Shown: positions 38,671 through 53,285 of the stretch, piece by piece | Position numbering within the stretch: the first letter of the stretch is position 1 | Layout of the letters: the number at the start of each line of letters is the position of its first letter | DNA from: Lama glama | Taxonomy: Eukaryota | Assembly (NCBI GenBank): GCA_028534125.1 | Contig: CM052817.1 | Span: 65,474,001-65,538,000, forward strand | Length of the DNA: 64,000 nucleotides | Direction: 5' to 3' | The notes under the pieces: model-generated | Databases searched by the model: none | The model's input: only the letters and a program-made list of their open reading frames with translations | What the model was told of the DNA's origin: nothing | Program-made: the position numbers and the translations under genes

Positions 38671-41600
38671 GCCAAACAAAACATTTTGGTGGCAGAAATG
38701 ACTCCGGTTAAAGAGGAAGTTAATTAATGAAATCTCCTTTCTTATCTTAATATTAGGGCTGGTACTTATTTAAAATCATTATCATTTCATTTTTGTCATT
38801 CATTCCTCAGTAATAGGAAAAAAAATAGACACCTACTCTGGGTCCAACAATAGATGTTGAAGGAAATACAACAGAGTATGTGGCATAGTGATTGCCTTTA
38901 AGGAGCTTGAGTAGCAGAGGTGAGCTGCACAGTTGACAGATGTGAAAGAAGAGATAATAAGACACAACAGTACATCAGGGATCAACGTAAGAGATACCAT
39001 GTTATTGCTTATTGGATTTTACTTATAAATTAATTCTTAACAAAAAGGATTTGAGGAGCTTAAGCAATGGTCTACGCCATAAGATGAACAGGAAATCAGA
39101 ACAAAGGCAAATGGAAGAAACAAATATGCTCCTTCTAAGAGTTCATACCAAGCATTCATACAGTCGCAGGTTTGGCCATGAGAGCTGACTCTGAGCATCC
39201 CGACTCCCAGGGAAGGGGAGCACGGCGTACTCTAGGCTTTCATTATCAGAGAGCAAGTACACGCAGTACAGTCAACAAATGCTAGGAGTATGGCTGGTCC
39301 CATTCTGTGTTTTGGGAGGGGAATATATGGCTATGATCCCCTGAGGTCTCTTCTAGCTTTAAGATTTTAGATTCTTGTCAGGGTTCCTTTCAATCTAGAT
39401 TTTGTCATAGCCAGTATATATTTCCACCCTTCATGGGACACCCCGTCTACTTAATGAGCAAAATGTCAAAAGGGAACTTTCCTGCCTTCACATGATAAAA
39501 ACTAATTTCTGCTCTCATCAGACCTGACCTTCTGAGCTAGTTGTACTCTCAAGGTTACATGAAAAAAATTTTTATCTCAATTTCTTTGACTTTGCTTCGG
39601 GCCATCATGTGACTCACCTGAGGTAACAGCACCTTCTCATCTAGTAACAACCATGACTAGAGATTTCTTTTCTTTAGGGAATTCTGTAGAAGTGTATGTT
39701 GAAGAAGGGGGACATATTTTTCTTTTGTGATTTAATATAAATAGTTATTAATTTCCAGAAAATTATATACAATATAAAAGAATGAGTGGGGCATCGTGCT
39801 AATTACTTCCATATGTGCTAACTCATCTTATTCTCGAATATTTTTATCCTGTGCTTTAAAGATGAGAGATACCATGGCTCAGAGAGATAAAGTAACACAT
39901 CTGACAATACGTGGAAGAGCTAAGACGTAAGCCAAGTATGACTCAAAACCCTTTCCGTTTCCTTTCCATTACATCATGCAGCCAATAGATTTTAAGTGAG
40001 TTGAGTTCATCTTACATGTGAACGGCCTCATTATCAATGAGATCAATAATTTTTTTTTCTCAGCATTCTGAAAGTTTTAGAATGTTCTCACCTGTCTCCC
40101 AAAATAGGTACACATCTTACATTAAATTCACAATTTGGATACTATGACCTGAAAACACTGAAAAGTTTTCAGTATGTAACTGAGCTCGTGCCATATGCTT
40201 TCTGAGAAGGTGAATGTGAGCGATCCAAAATGTGGACATGAAAGTATGAAGAAGGATTTTATTTTCAATCCCTTTTGGGACACTGTATGCCAGGCATTGT
40301 TCTAAGTGTTTTATACTCACTATTGTATTAATAATGTTTGCATTTGCATTTCATAAAGTAGAAACTGAAGCTCAGGGAGGTTAAATAATTTGCCCAGGGT
40401 CACCCACCCAATGTATACTACAACCACAGCTGAAGGGAAAACCCTCTCCCTCTTCTGATCTTAACATAAGTTTATCTGAGGCTGGTCTATGACACGTCAC
40501 TTCACACATGACTACTAGAGTTATTATAGTTACTTCTAATATTGGCTATTCTGCTTTAGTAACCCTTAATGGCTGGCTCCATGTATCACTCATAACTCTT
40601 AGCTAGAGTTACATGTGATGGAACAGAATGAATGTGTGTTGAATGCCTCCATTAGTCGGTGGTTGGCTGAATATACCATTCTGTATATTTAGCAGAGGAT
40701 TATACTGAATTTGGAGTCTCACCAGGTATGTGACAGTGGGCAGTCGAAGTTTGACTTTCCCACATCCTTTAGATGTTGAGCATGAATTCCTCATGCTTAG
40801 CATTGTTAAAAACACAGCTGTCCACTCATACTACCTTTGCTCTGTTGAATAGAACAAATGGATATGTCTTCAGACCTTGATTGATCATTTCCACTATGAC
40901 CAGGACTATCTTTCTTATATTTTATATGATATAAAGTTAAATGTTACATCTACGTATAATTGCTTATAATTCACCTTTATATACAGATGCCTTACTTATT
41001 CTGAATTCCCAAAAAAGCATCCTACATAAAACAATCACCAATTTTTAGACCCTTGATAATAATTTTTCAAGAGAGTGATAAAAACATAATTTTTCAAGCA
41101 AATTAAAGCCAGATTCTGCATAGAATGAAAGAAAATATCAAATGTGAGAACTATGTATGTTCTAGTCAAAGACTAAATATCTATTAGCTCATATTTATTA
41201 GAAGGACGCAGTACTAATAATTCTGCAGGCTAGAATTCTACTTCAACTTTACCTAAAAGAGAAATACTAATTATTTTAAGGAAGATGCCTATCCTTGATC
41301 ATATGGGTGAATACCTGTTAGTTAGTTAGTTAGTTTGTTTGTTTAGTGAATCTGGACTTAGTCTTTGGCCACAACACATATCTGAAGTTTGAGACTGGCC
41401 TTTCTTGTGGCTAACAGAACCAGTCTCCCTTCTTTCTGGTTGGCTAGTCAAGTCAATAGTTTGTCTACTATCTGTTTTAGGGGAATTAGTTTCTATAACT
41501 CAAAATTAAAGTAGTCTAACTGGGCTTCCCATTACATTTAAAAAATCAATTATAGTTAAACCTGGCATTTTGTAAATACAACTCTTTTAAACAAAATAAA

Positions 41601-42768
41601 ATATGCTTTAGTCTCTCCTTAAAAGGAGCCAACAATTTGGCAGCTTCCCAATTCTCTTCCATCTGTAGCTTCTCCTCGATAACCGGTCCATGAAGCAGAG
41701 GGAAAGGACTCCTCCGGAACAGTGCAAAGCAGCAGCCAATGCAAAGCTGCCCTCGTTGCCTGGAAGTACTATTTTTATGTTTTGTTTTGCTTTGTTTTTC
41801 CCAATGCTTTTTCTAGTGCGTTTCTAGACTATGTAGATGGAAGTAAGAATAACAAGTATGGTGATAAGTATGGAGTTAACAATATAAAAATAACTTCTTT
41901 ATTCACTTCATATATTATGTAGAAGATAAATCATTAAAAGTTAAAAGCATAATAATTTCAGTTTCTAATTCCTTAAACATGAAAGGTAGAAGGTAGACTA
42001 TGATAATTATTTAAAACGTTTGCTGTGAAAATGTTATTAGAGTCACTCATAATTTTCATGGCTTTATTTTTCCAATTTCTTTAAAGTTACATGAACTTCT
42101 AGGTTTATTTCACATATTTCTCATTTTATATATACCAAAGGTGATCACGATTGAGAACCTAAGAGATTTGTTATTTACATAAGCACGAGGAAGGATGTAG
42201 GAAGATAAAAATCCCCCAATATTTATAATTCCAAAACAACATCACCATCTTCCTCTGCCCAATAATCTTTTTCAATTTCTGTTGTTCCATCATACAAAAT
42301 TCATTCAGTTTAAAGCTAAGAATGGGAAAGCATAGGCACTTCTCAGAGTGATAACATTTTAGGCTTAACATTATAAACTGTGGTTTATAACATCATCTCT
42401 TTGGAGGCCAGGACCGGGCTGTGTTAAGACAGCAGAGAAGGCACAAACGCACACACTCTACTGCTGGGAGAGGGCACGCTGACCAAGGAAATAGACCAGG
42501 AACAGAAGGTTCTGGGCAGAGGAAAATTCCACAGGTTTTACGCTTTTACCAGAGCTGGTTCCACTCACCCAATCCCAGAGCACTCAGGCACATCGTTGTA
42601 TGTTCCCCTGGTCTGCATTTTTTAACACATGATCTCTTAAATATTTTAGTTGCCGTGTAATGTTTTCCCTCGTACTGTTTCACCCTGCCCTCAAACTGAT
42701 TGATCTATTTTGTCTCATTCTTGGGAGTTTAGCCAGGAATATTTTCAGAGAAAAGAAAATGAACTTAC

Positions 42769-42807
42769 CTGATGTTTCTGTTGCTGTAATTGAACTCGGA
42801 GTCCCAG
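42769..42807 (-). CDS. EMCN: EMCN exon 5 (39 nt, phase 1-1), TGTPSSITATETS
   Basis: Acceptor ttttctttcctctaaag|, donor CAG|gtaagt. Similar to human TETQSSIKTTEIP and the same 39-nt size. Confidence 0.92.
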
Positions 42808-42973
42808 CTTTAGAGGAAAGAAAAGAAAAATTGCTAAAATTAAATGTTGCATATCAGATCTCCTCTCACAATTGTTTCAGGTGGCAAAGGGATATAGATC
42901 TTAGCTTGCTTCTGATTTTCTTTTCCTCAACTCATAAAATCACAAGGCTTGCTGATTAGAAGAAACTTCAGAG

Positions 42974-43185
42974 CAGGGGTCAGCCAACTGTTTCTTAAAG
43001 GGCCAAATAGTATTTTAATCTTTGGGAGCCATAAGCCTCTGTAGCAATGACTCAACCTTGCCATTGTGGTGTGAATGCAGTCATACATAATACCTAAAGA
43101 ATATGGCTATGTTCTGGTTAAACTTTACTTAGAAAAATAGGTGGGGGCTAGATTCAGCCTGTGAGCCACCGTTTGCTGAATCCTG
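42974..43185. mobile_element. MER58A-like hAT MITE
   Basis: caggggtcagccaac...gtttgctgaatcctg inverted termini, ~210 bp. Confidence 0.85.
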
Positions 43186-43539
43186 CTTTACCCAACATCT
43201 TGAATGCTTCAAGGTAACCCAGACAATGACAGAACTATTGGTAGGTACTTTGTGAACAACACTACGGTGTGTCTTACTCCTCCTAAAAGATATGATGTAC
43301 CTCCTGCTCAGAAGAATATTGAGAAAGGTTCAGATACCTTTGACACTTAAGGAATTCCTTTAAATTTAATCTAGTCCAGAAGAACTTTCTACAAGTAAAA
43401 TCACTTGAGAGAATTATAATCAAAATCACTTCAACCACTTTGAGTGCTTATACCATGAACCAAGATTTGCCACACGAAAAAATAAAGAAAAAAATGGCAA
43501 CAGATAGAAGCCCAATGATGATAGTTTTAAACTTCCATT

Positions 43540-44320
43540 TGCTTCCTCTGTATCTTCACTTGACTGCCTTAGCAGCATCTCAGATTTGGCATGTCCGAAA
43601 CAGAACTCCTGACTGGTACCTCAAAACCACCTCCTCCCTCACCTTGGATGCAAGCGTGGTACCAGCGTCTCCCAGGTGCACAAGCCAAAAGGCAGTTGCC
43701 TTTCCTGATTCTCTTCTTTTTCTCACTCTTATTAGCTCTAGCTACAAAATATATCCCAAATCTGTCTCACTATTTCATCAACTACCGTTCACCTAGCACC
43801 TGTGTCTCTTCCCTTGGTACCTACAACAGTCACCTAGAAAAACCTTTTAACACGTAAACTCAGCTGCTCCAGTGGTTGCTGATGCTTCTCACCACAGCTG
43901 GCACGTCTTCACAGGACATGGCCTCCGCCTCGCTCCTCCACCACCTCCAGCCATTTCGCCCTGCTTGGCCTTTCTGTGGTAGAAGAACGTCCCGGGGCTC
44001 CTCCTGCCCCTGGTTTCTCTGCTGGCTCTTCCCGGGCCTCAGTGCTGCCTGTCAGGCCCCTCCCGCCTTTTGTGAGCAGCCCTCAGAGGGGCCTTCTCCA
44101 ACCGCCTCATCTGAAGTTGGCCCTCATCTCCCTCCACACTAGTAGGCCACTCTGCTTCATTCGCTCAACAGTACTTTTATCACTCCGGTGGCGTTTCTTT
44201 TTTTAAAACATGTTTGTTGCCAGAATGTAACTCCAGGAGGACAGAGATTTCGTGTTTTATTCAGCTGCAATTGCAGTGCCTCACGTCAGGTCGCTAGTGA
44301 AACACTGGGAATGAAAGAAT
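43540..44320 (+). mobile_element. L2 fragment
   Basis: ggcatgtccgaaacagaactcctga...agaatgtaactccaggaggacagagattt. Confidence 0.7.
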
Positions 44321-45126
44321 ACCAATAGAAAGTAACAGTAATAGTAATAAAACTAATTCTACATATTCAAATTCAGCTTTTAAGGGACAATGAATGCCTT
44401 AGTTAAAATTACTAGCTGGATGATAATAGCTACCATTTTTAAAGCAATTCTTATGATCAGTTTAATTGCTGATGTCTACAAGAAAGATGGTATTATTTCC
44501 ATTTTGCAGGTTGGCAAATATTAGCCGAAAGAAGCAAAGCTACTTTTTCAATAGGAGGGCCATGATTGTAATTCAGGTCTGTTGGTTCTAAGGTACGTCC
44601 TCTTTTACTGAAATAGACAGATTTCCCTTCCAATAAACTATCTGAGTGGAAGGCGTTTGTAATTAATTCCTTAATTCCTACTTTTGGTAACTAGTTAAAA
44701 TGCTTTTGAACATGGCATAATGCTATATTTGGAAGATGAAGTTAAAATATTTATCAGTGATCAGAGGATTAGAATACAAATGAGATCAAAACTCGTTGTT
44801 TCTCATGCTTTTAATATCAGGTCATAAACTTTCTTGCTGATAGACTTTATTGAGAAAGAACAAAAATTAAACTCATATTGGACAAAATCTTCTGACTATC
44901 CTTTTTTGCATTTTTTCATCCTTCAAAAATGCATAATTAATTTAGAAGGACATTGCATAAAAGAAAAATAATTATGCCTTAAAGACATAGCTGAATATTA
45001 AAAAAGTAACTTATACTGATACAGGACTCTTATATTGAGACTTAAAGAGGTCCAGGCTTTTACATATGAATAAATATATTGTTATTCGGAGGACAAAATT
45101 CTGCAAATCTTTAGTCAATACTGGAA

Positions 45127-45169
45127 TATATATATATATATATTATATATATATATATATATATATTAT
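45127..45169. repeat. (TA)n microsatellite
   Basis: Read directly from the sequence. Confidence 0.95.
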
Positions 45170-46124
45170 ACGTAACTTTTTTCTAAAACCCAGGATATAT
45201 TTTTTGAAGATAATAAAGTGTTTTTGAAGATAATAAAGTGTTTTCATGTGGCATACTACTTTGAAGTCAAATAGCAAATGAGGGTAGTGCATTCTGTTAA
45301 CCTAGTCTCAATGGGTTGGCAACTTAAAATCTCTTTGCTGAGTTTGACTCTCTAATGTGAAACTGAAGCCTTATGAAATGCAAATGAACTTCAAAATGTG
45401 GAACTTTAATCCACAATTTAATCCAAAACTAAACTTGGCTTAGACTATTAGCTTTTAAAACAGAAAGCTTAAGCAATAATACAACAAATAACTTTGCTAA
45501 ATAGTCTTATCTTACAAAGGCCACTGTGTTCTAGCTATATATATGGCCGTATGCAGTTACACACATAGAACGTGATTCATCATTAACAGGCCTAGGAGAG
45601 AAAATATAAACAGCCGTGCCCATATATAATTCTTTACTGATTTACATAAAAATAACTTACTATGACCAATTCAAATTTTCCTTATCATTTTCCCAAAATA
45701 AAGCATTGACTGAGTCATTGTATGTGAGATTATTTCTGGCTTGGCTAAACTATGATTTGTGACTAAGACGTCATTATCCTGAGGATTCCTCTTATGTCTC
45801 CCTACGGGAAATTATACAATTAAATATCACATAAGAAGCATTGTAATTAAGTTCTCAAATAAATGCCATAGATAAATAGTGCCATTCACAAAAGACTGGC
45901 GATCAGATAAATTGGTGTTTTCCAAAGGATGAGAGGCATAGCATTGTGTGAGAGTCTATAAGGCAGTACTGGGACGTGGCATTAAATAACATTCAGTGAG
46001 AAAGTGATTTCTTTCCAGCTTTTTTTTTTTTTAATTTTACTTACTTCAATGAAGAAGTTTCAAAATTTCAATTTGATGCAACTATGTCATTAATACCTAA
46101 TCGGTGCTTATCTTTGTCCCCCTA

Positions 46125-46300
46125 CAGGGGAAATGCAAACACAGTTCCCCACAACTACAAATGATGCAGCTGAGTTTCCCACATTTGGGGAAATCACAGG
46201 GGCCAGCATATCCAGAGTGCAAATGGATGAGCTCCCCCGCCCCCCTCCCCTGGAGGAAACCATCTTCATAATCCTGGTATGTCCCCTGCCAGGGAAGTAT
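46125..46300 (-). pseudogene. Full-length U1 snRNA pseudogene in EMCN intron 4
   Basis: Minus strand reads ATACTTCCCTGGCAGGGGACATACCAGGATTATGAAG...CCCCAAATGTGGGAAACTC...TTTCCCCTG, colinear with U1 end to end. Shows CpG decay, an altered 5' end and Sm site, and a G-rich insertion. No recognisable PSE or 3' box. Confidence 0.95.
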
Positions 46301-46884
46301 TTGATTTATTTTTTAAACAAGGACAAGCAAGCCTCACACTCAGAGCCTTTGGCCAGAAACAAAATCCAGCTAGAATTTTATTTTATTTTGCTTACATCAA
46401 AGTGATTTTATAGCTGCTATTTACGCCATGCAAAATTGGTTTTTCATTTATGATGGTTTCCTTTTCAAACAAATTTAAAAATAGAAAGTGCATCAATTTA
46501 AAGAAAATACTAAGTAAGTAATAGTACAGATGGCACACATATCTGGCAACACTCATTAAGTTGTGGGAAATACTGAGGTAGTATCTTGTAGAGAGCCTCT
46601 TGGTGATTGTATAGAATTTGAAGGACAAGGGGAAGAAGAAAGGACCGTACACACGAGGAGGACAGGATGAACAAAACACACAGTAAATCTGCCATGGTGG
46701 CCAACAACGAGAGAGACCCGCTGGTTAGAATCACAGGTTTATATTCAGTCAGGCAGTCAGTCGTCCATCCCTTGTGCTATGTTTATTGAACTCTTACTTG
46801 TTGAACATATGACGGACCCACTTAAAAGCTAGTTGTTTTCTAATTCCTTTAGGATACTTTATGTAAAATACTTGTGATGAGAAC

Positions 46885-47300
46885 AAGTATGGGACAGTGA
46901 TGTTTATGGGGCTGGGGGCCAGACAAACAGGGTTCAGATTTCATCTTTTAATTTAACCTTGGCCAAGTCCTTTAGTCTTTCTGAACCTGTTTCCTTATTT
47001 GTGAAACAGGTATCATAAACACCAACTTTGCCTGGCTTTTGTAAAGGATTATATTAATAAAATAACAGCTAAAATTCATTGTTTACTTTCCAGATGCTGT
47101 GTTAAGCTTTATATGCTTTTATCTCTTTTAATCTTCTCAAGAATCCTGTAAGGGTGTAACCTTATTATAACGATTTTACAGATGGGGAAACTGAGGCACA
47201 GAGAAGTTAAGTTGCTTACCAAAGGCCACAGTCCAAATAAATCACTGTGCTATTATTTGAACCTACGCTATCTGATTTCAGAATCATTGTTCATAACCAG
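46885..47300. mobile_element. Two MIRs in opposite orientation (+ ~46885-47050, - ~47070-47300)
   Basis: ccttggccaagtcc...tttccttatttgtgaaa, and ttttacagatggggaaactgaggcacagagaagttaag. Confidence 0.8.
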
Positions 47301-49869
47301 TAAGCTAACTTCCTCTTGGCTTTTTTTTTTTTTTAGGAAGGGTGTGTTGCCTTGAAAAGCACAGGCGTGGGCGGAGGTCATTCTCATGTTCAGCCAGTAG
47401 TATATCTGAAGAGGCTACTTGGTTATTGTACGATTACTTATATTTTTTCTATAAAAAACTTTCCATACTAAACTAGGATAAACTATGCAAAAAGGGAACA
47501 TGTATGATAAACTATTTATTACATATAAATGTTATTAACTCTGACTAAATAAACAGCTGATTACTTATAAATGTTTCTCATTCCTGCTGAACAAAAGTCA
47601 GATTTCCTATTATAGATCAATAAAAAATGTTAAAAAAAAAAAGTCAGATTTCCCCTTTAGATTCTAAGCCTGTAACATTGTATACGCTGTGGTGGCAGAA
47701 GCTCTGGTGTGGAAAGGTATTTTTACCCCTGTCCCTTAATAAGGTTACGTACTGACACTTGTCCATCTCAGTTTGTCTTCTACCTTTCATCTTATTCCAC
47801 ATTCTTTCCCCAGCATGGTCAGAATTCACCAAAGGGAGAAAGAGCAATTACTAGTTAATTCAAAGGACCCTCATTCTTTATAAAGTCAAATCACTGAATT
47901 ACTGAAGATTTTTATCTTAAATATTCTAGTATTCTAGGAATTTGTCTTCTATGGGCAGAATAAAAAAGTCAAACAGGAGAAATACCCACAATTGTAAGAG
48001 AATCGGAAACAATTAGAGAGAAATGTTTTGAGGACATGCTTCTTTTTTGATCTACATTCCACCTCCCTAGGGAGTAAAGGAATAAACCTCACTAACTCTT
48101 CTCTACTCCAGATCAGGCCTGCATTGGAGGACGTGTACCCAGAATGCCTTTATCTAATAGTCCCTATCCAAGGACTCATTGCCCATAAATTTAAGAGGGA
48201 GATGCTTCTTCAGCTGTTCAATCTTCTCCTGCCAATAGATTGTTTTGTTCTCCTTCTGTCTCCCCTGGGTTGGCTCCACTAATTCTGAATGTTTATGTGG
48301 GGTGAGGGGTAGAGATGGAAAGGGAGCATTGTCTTGCTAACCAGCAACCTGGGCCAGCTCTTAGTTTCATCGTGTGCAGATGGAAATGTGTGCAAACCCA
48401 TTATACGAAGTGGGGTTCATGCTAAGCAGAAAGCACCTTGAGGAACAAGGGAGATCTAGGGAGGAATGGCTGCCCAAAGAATGAGCTTGACAAAATATCT
48501 AAGGACTTAGTACAGAACTGCTTAATCAAAAGGCAAATGCAAAGGGCAGTAAATACCCTTCTTTCATTGTCTTGCTTTCCAAGGTGTTTCATTTTTCAAG
48601 AAATGGCACTGTGAGTGTATCTTTTTAAACTACTTGGAAGAAAGTCACTTCAAACTGTGTTTAAAAGCAAAATAAATACAATAGTCCCCAGAAAGGAGAC
48701 ACAGACGGCATTTTATTACATGAATCAAGGCAGAATTAGGAATTTTAAATGACCCATGGGGCTGACCACAGACTTCTGTATCAGTGTTAATTTTAATAAA
48801 CTGTGGTCTTTGACATTTTCCTCATCAGGCACTGAATGGGTGGGTATTAGGACAGAGTACGAATTATTTGAATTTAATCTTCATCTGCTACATATTTTGA
48901 AGACACATATTCACTTTTATTCTTGTTTGTATTGGGGACAACCATATTATGAAATGGATGAGGTTTTGGTTTGTTAAAGGTGACTTTCAGACATTTATTG
49001 CCTGCAAAATGGGTTCTACTGATCAGAGCCCAAAACATTTCCACAAGGAAATGTTCTTCACTTGAAGGAGAAATGACCCTGCTCTTCAAGTTCCTCTGTG
49101 TAGTGACTAACTAAATAAAATTATTAGTTTACAATTATGGTGTGAAATTAGACCTCTTCTGGATAACCTTCCTTATGTCGTGCCTAAGATGATTACAGTA
49201 AGAAGCAGGGAAATGGATGTTCCTGATGTGTTTCTAGACAAGAGTAGATCTTGGACATCCACACTTCCCACCTGCTGTCTCCTTCGACCTTGGAGGTCTC
49301 CCAAGAAGAGACTTGGAGACTATGAGTCACCTGTAGCTGCTTCTTATTAAGGACTAAGGGTATCCCCCAAATACATCCATTACTTATAAGGAACAGGATC
49401 TGATAAGGCTGTTATAGAATATTACTAGCTTTTCTAATCAGGGTATTTTGACTAAAAGGACAGATTACTTCAAATCACAGAGGCCAGAATAAGGGAAGTG
49501 CTTGTTGTGAAGATACATGTGGACTGGAACTGGAAAAGTGTCAGGAATCATGGGATTTCTAGGTTCTGCCACTCTCTCTGTCTCCCATAAACAACTCAGG
49601 CTTGCTTGCTCTTGGGTTCTCTCCATTTCCCCACGTGGTCTCTCTCCATTCTTTTCTACCGACTCTACTTACTCATAACACCTGCCTCCTTGTGTCACAG
49701 GCATGCACAGGAATCCCGGCGGCTGTCTCAGATTCACTTTACTGACACCTTGCTAACTTCGGTTCCCCGCTGCTTATCACTTGCTTGGTTTGTTCTGGGT
49801 TTTCTAGTTCAGATTACCCAGAAAGGAAATTTGATTGGCCTAAACCAACATTTTCTTTTTGTTTGTTTT

Positions 49870-52800
49870 TAAACAAATCTTTATTTGGAAACTCACCACT
49901 TAATTCACTCATTTTAAGTATACAAACCATTAATATTTAGTAGATTTATAGAGTTGTGTAAGCATCACTGTAATCTAGTTTTAGAACATTTTCTTCAACA
50001 CAGAAAACTCCCTTGAGCCTTTCTGCAGTCAATCCCCAGCCCTACTGCCAGCTGTGGGCAACCACTCACTTGCTTTCTGTCCCTACAGAAACATCTTTTC
50101 TGAATATTTCACTTAAGTGGAACCATATATGTTGTATTTTGTGCAAGGCTTCTTTCACTGAACACGTTTTTGAGTTCATACTGTTACAGCATGTGAGGGT
50201 ATTTTGTTCCATTACATTGCTGAATAGTATTCCATTATGTGGCTAACCCATTTGGAATATTACAAATGCATTTCAAGTGGAAAATCCAATGGGATATTCC
50301 ATTTCACCAGTCAGTGGACATTTGGATTATTTCCAGTGTTCGACTATTATGAATAATGCTGTTATTAATATTCATGAACTCATCACACGCTGTTTTGATT
50401 ACTGTAGCTTTAGGGTAAAGTTTGAAATTGGCTGTGCTTGGGTCTTCCAATTTTGTTCTTCTTTTTCAAAAGTGTTTTGGCTATTCTAGGTCATTTTCAT
50501 TTTCATGTATGTTTTAGGATTGGCTTATCAATTTCTAGAAAAATAAAACTTGCTGGTATTTTAACAGGGATTGCATTCTGTATTATCTATTATGATCAAT
50601 TTGGAAAGAATTACCGTCTTAAAATATCAAGTCTTCCAATCCATGAACACGTCTGTTTGTTTGTTTGTTTGTTTATTCTTTGCAATGTTAAACATATGTT
50701 TGTATTTTAATCAAGTTTATGCCACTGCCTTCGATTTCAATCTGATAATGCGGTGTTTTTTTCCTTCCCCTATTCAGCCTTTGTATCTCCTTTTTTCACT
50801 TTGAGAACACATCAAAGTGTTTTTTTTTTTCAATTTTGTAGAACCAAGTACTTAGAGTTGTTACATCCATTTCAATAAAACAAATTCATCAAGTGAATTT
50901 CAAGATTTCTTTGCAGTGCTTTTCTTTTGTCTCCCTTTCTTTATCTGTCCTACTGAGGAGGGTGTGCAGTTAGGACTATGTTGTTTAAAGTACTTGGATT
51001 CTTTTTTTTTTTCTTTTTGTGTGCTTTACTAACAATTTGATATATGGCTAGGTGAAGTATATCTGTTTGCATTTAATTTTTGTCTATTTCTGTCTTTGTT
51101 TATGCTTATATACTTAGAAACAAATAAATTTGTTATGAAAATTGATGAAAGATTATTATAATATAAAACTTAAGGAAGCAAATGTTCAAAACATTCATCA
51201 CATGAATTTTAAAATTTTTAAACATACAGTGGCAACAGCACTCACATTCTACCTTTTCCCCCTCCTCACAATTCCCTCTTCCCTATGAACTCTTGAAATG
51301 GCTTTGTGTGACTAAAGTCAGAATCAAAATGATGTCATTTTTTGCATCTCTTTAGCACGTTCCCCTGGCAGGAAAGTTTTAAATTCTGATTTCTTTGCTC
51401 AAGTACCAGATGTAACTGTACTGATGAAAATTTTTCTATTTTGATCCTTAATGGGCTTATCTGAATCACTAAGATGAACAAGTGGTCTTTTCACATAATA
51501 CTAAAATAAATGTATTATGTAAATTCTGTGTGTATCACATTAAAAGGGCACAAATTGCCTTCTCCTCATGGCTCTGCCACATCTGGCATGACGACTCACA
51601 CTCACCACATCTCTCAGATGTGCTCTGCTGCCAGGCTCCACATTGTGAAAGTCCAGAGCATGTGATCAGAAGGGGCTCAGCTCTGCTTTGGCTTTGAGGG
51701 TTCCCTAGTTCTTTGGCTCCTCTTGCCTGAAACCTGACCCGGTGACCAGTGTCCTTCCTGAGGTCCTAGACACCCACCAGAACCCTCCAGATGATGTACC
51801 ACGTACCACTGATGAGTCTTACTCAGTTCAGTTATGCTCATGTGACTATCTGACCTGGGACAAAAAGCCCAGGGAGGTGGCAGTGTGCAATAAAGAAAAC
51901 AGGGCGAGGAGTCAGACATGCCAAGTTGTTACTTCTAGTACTCACCAGCCCTACTGATGGGGACAAATCTTTCCTGATAATTCAATCTCACTTACCTTAT
52001 TAGATCACTTGTTTATTATAAAAGGATATAACTCAGGAACAGCCAGATGGAAGAGATGCACTGGGCAAGGTATGGAGAAAAGACATAGAGCTCTCACGCC
52101 CTCTCCTGGTACACCACTCTCCTCAAATCACCATATATTCACCAACTCAGAAATTTCTGTTTAGATATTTAATTTTTCACTCACGGAAGTGTAGAATAGC
52201 TCAGTGTACAAATATTGCATTTCTATTGTTAAATTTACTCTCAAATATTTTATTCTATCTGATGCTATTATGAATAGAATTATTTCTTTAATTATATTTT
52301 TTGGATTGCCATTACTAACATACAGAAATATTACTTATTTTTGCATAGCTTGTATCTTGTGATATAGAATACTCTTTATTAGTTATAGTAGTTTACTGTG
52401 AAATCTTTAGGTTTTCTACACAGACAACAATGTAGTCTGCTGAGAAAAACATTTTTATTTCTTTCTTTCCAGTTTGGATGAATGGCTGTATCTCTATCTA
52501 TCCATCTACCTATCTGTTACTTTATTGTACTGTCTAGAACTTCTGGCTATAATTTTAAATAGGACTGATGAGAGTGGACATATTTCCAGATCTTAAGGGA
52601 AAAGTATTACATCTTTCACTATTACGTATGAAATCTGCTGTATATTTTTAAATAGATACCCTTTATCAATTTGAGGAAGTTTTATTTTATTTCTAGTTCA
52701 TTGAGAGTTTAAAGAATGGGTGGGTTTTATATTTTGTCAAATGCTTTTTCTTCATCTACTGATTCTATTAATATGATATATTACAGTACTTGATTTTCAT

Positions 52801-53285
52801 ATATTAAACCAACCTTGCATTCCTGGGAAAAAATCCCACTTGCTCATGTTTTATATCCCTTTTCATATATTTATTCCTAATTTTTTCTAATATTTCTAAT
52901 ATTTCTAATATTAAGGATATTTGCATCTACATTCATGAAAGATATTGGTCTGTAGTTTTTTTTATTTGGTTTTTCTTTTCAATCTTTTCTAGCTTTGGTA
53001 TTAAGGTAATACTGGCCCCAGATAATTATTTGTGCAAAGTTTTCTCTACATCCCAAAAGAGTTTGAGAAGAATTGGTATTATTTCTTTTGAGACTATTTT
53101 TATAAAATTCACACATGAAGTCATCTTGCTTAGAGTTTTCTTCATGGAATCATTTTAAATTTCTAATACAGAATCTTAAATTGTTTTAGGTCTTTTCCTA
53201 TCTTCTTGGATCAGTTTTAGCAATTTGTTTATTTCTAAGAATTTTCCCATTTCATCAAACTGTCTTATTTTTAAGCAAGCTCACC
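49870..53285 (-). mobile_element. Fragmented old L1 segments with an intervening LTR fragment (MER21-like, ~51990-52160)
   Basis: Antisense L1 3'UTR/ORF2 motifs (aaccaaccttgcattcctggg, ttcatgaaagatattggtctgtagtt); aactcaggaacagccagatggaagagatgca LTR motif. Confidence 0.75.

Noticed and set aside
45200..45244. 20-bp tandem duplication, and similar short duplications near 9430-9485, 52870-52900, 55340-55380 and 58330-58352
   Set aside because: Two- or three-copy slippage duplications with no spacers. Not CRISPR-like and no sign of function.
46290..46300. Idea that the variant U1 5' end compensates for the mutated exon-3 donor
   Set aside because: A +1 A donor would need U1 C8>U, but the copy has A7>C, which pairs with position +2. 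It also lacks a promoter and an intact Sm site.
46133..46405. + strand ORF MQTQFPTTTND... with apparent acceptor (ccctacag) and donor (CTG|gtatgt)
   Set aside because: It is the reverse complement of the U1 pseudogene, so the exon-like appearance is coincidental.
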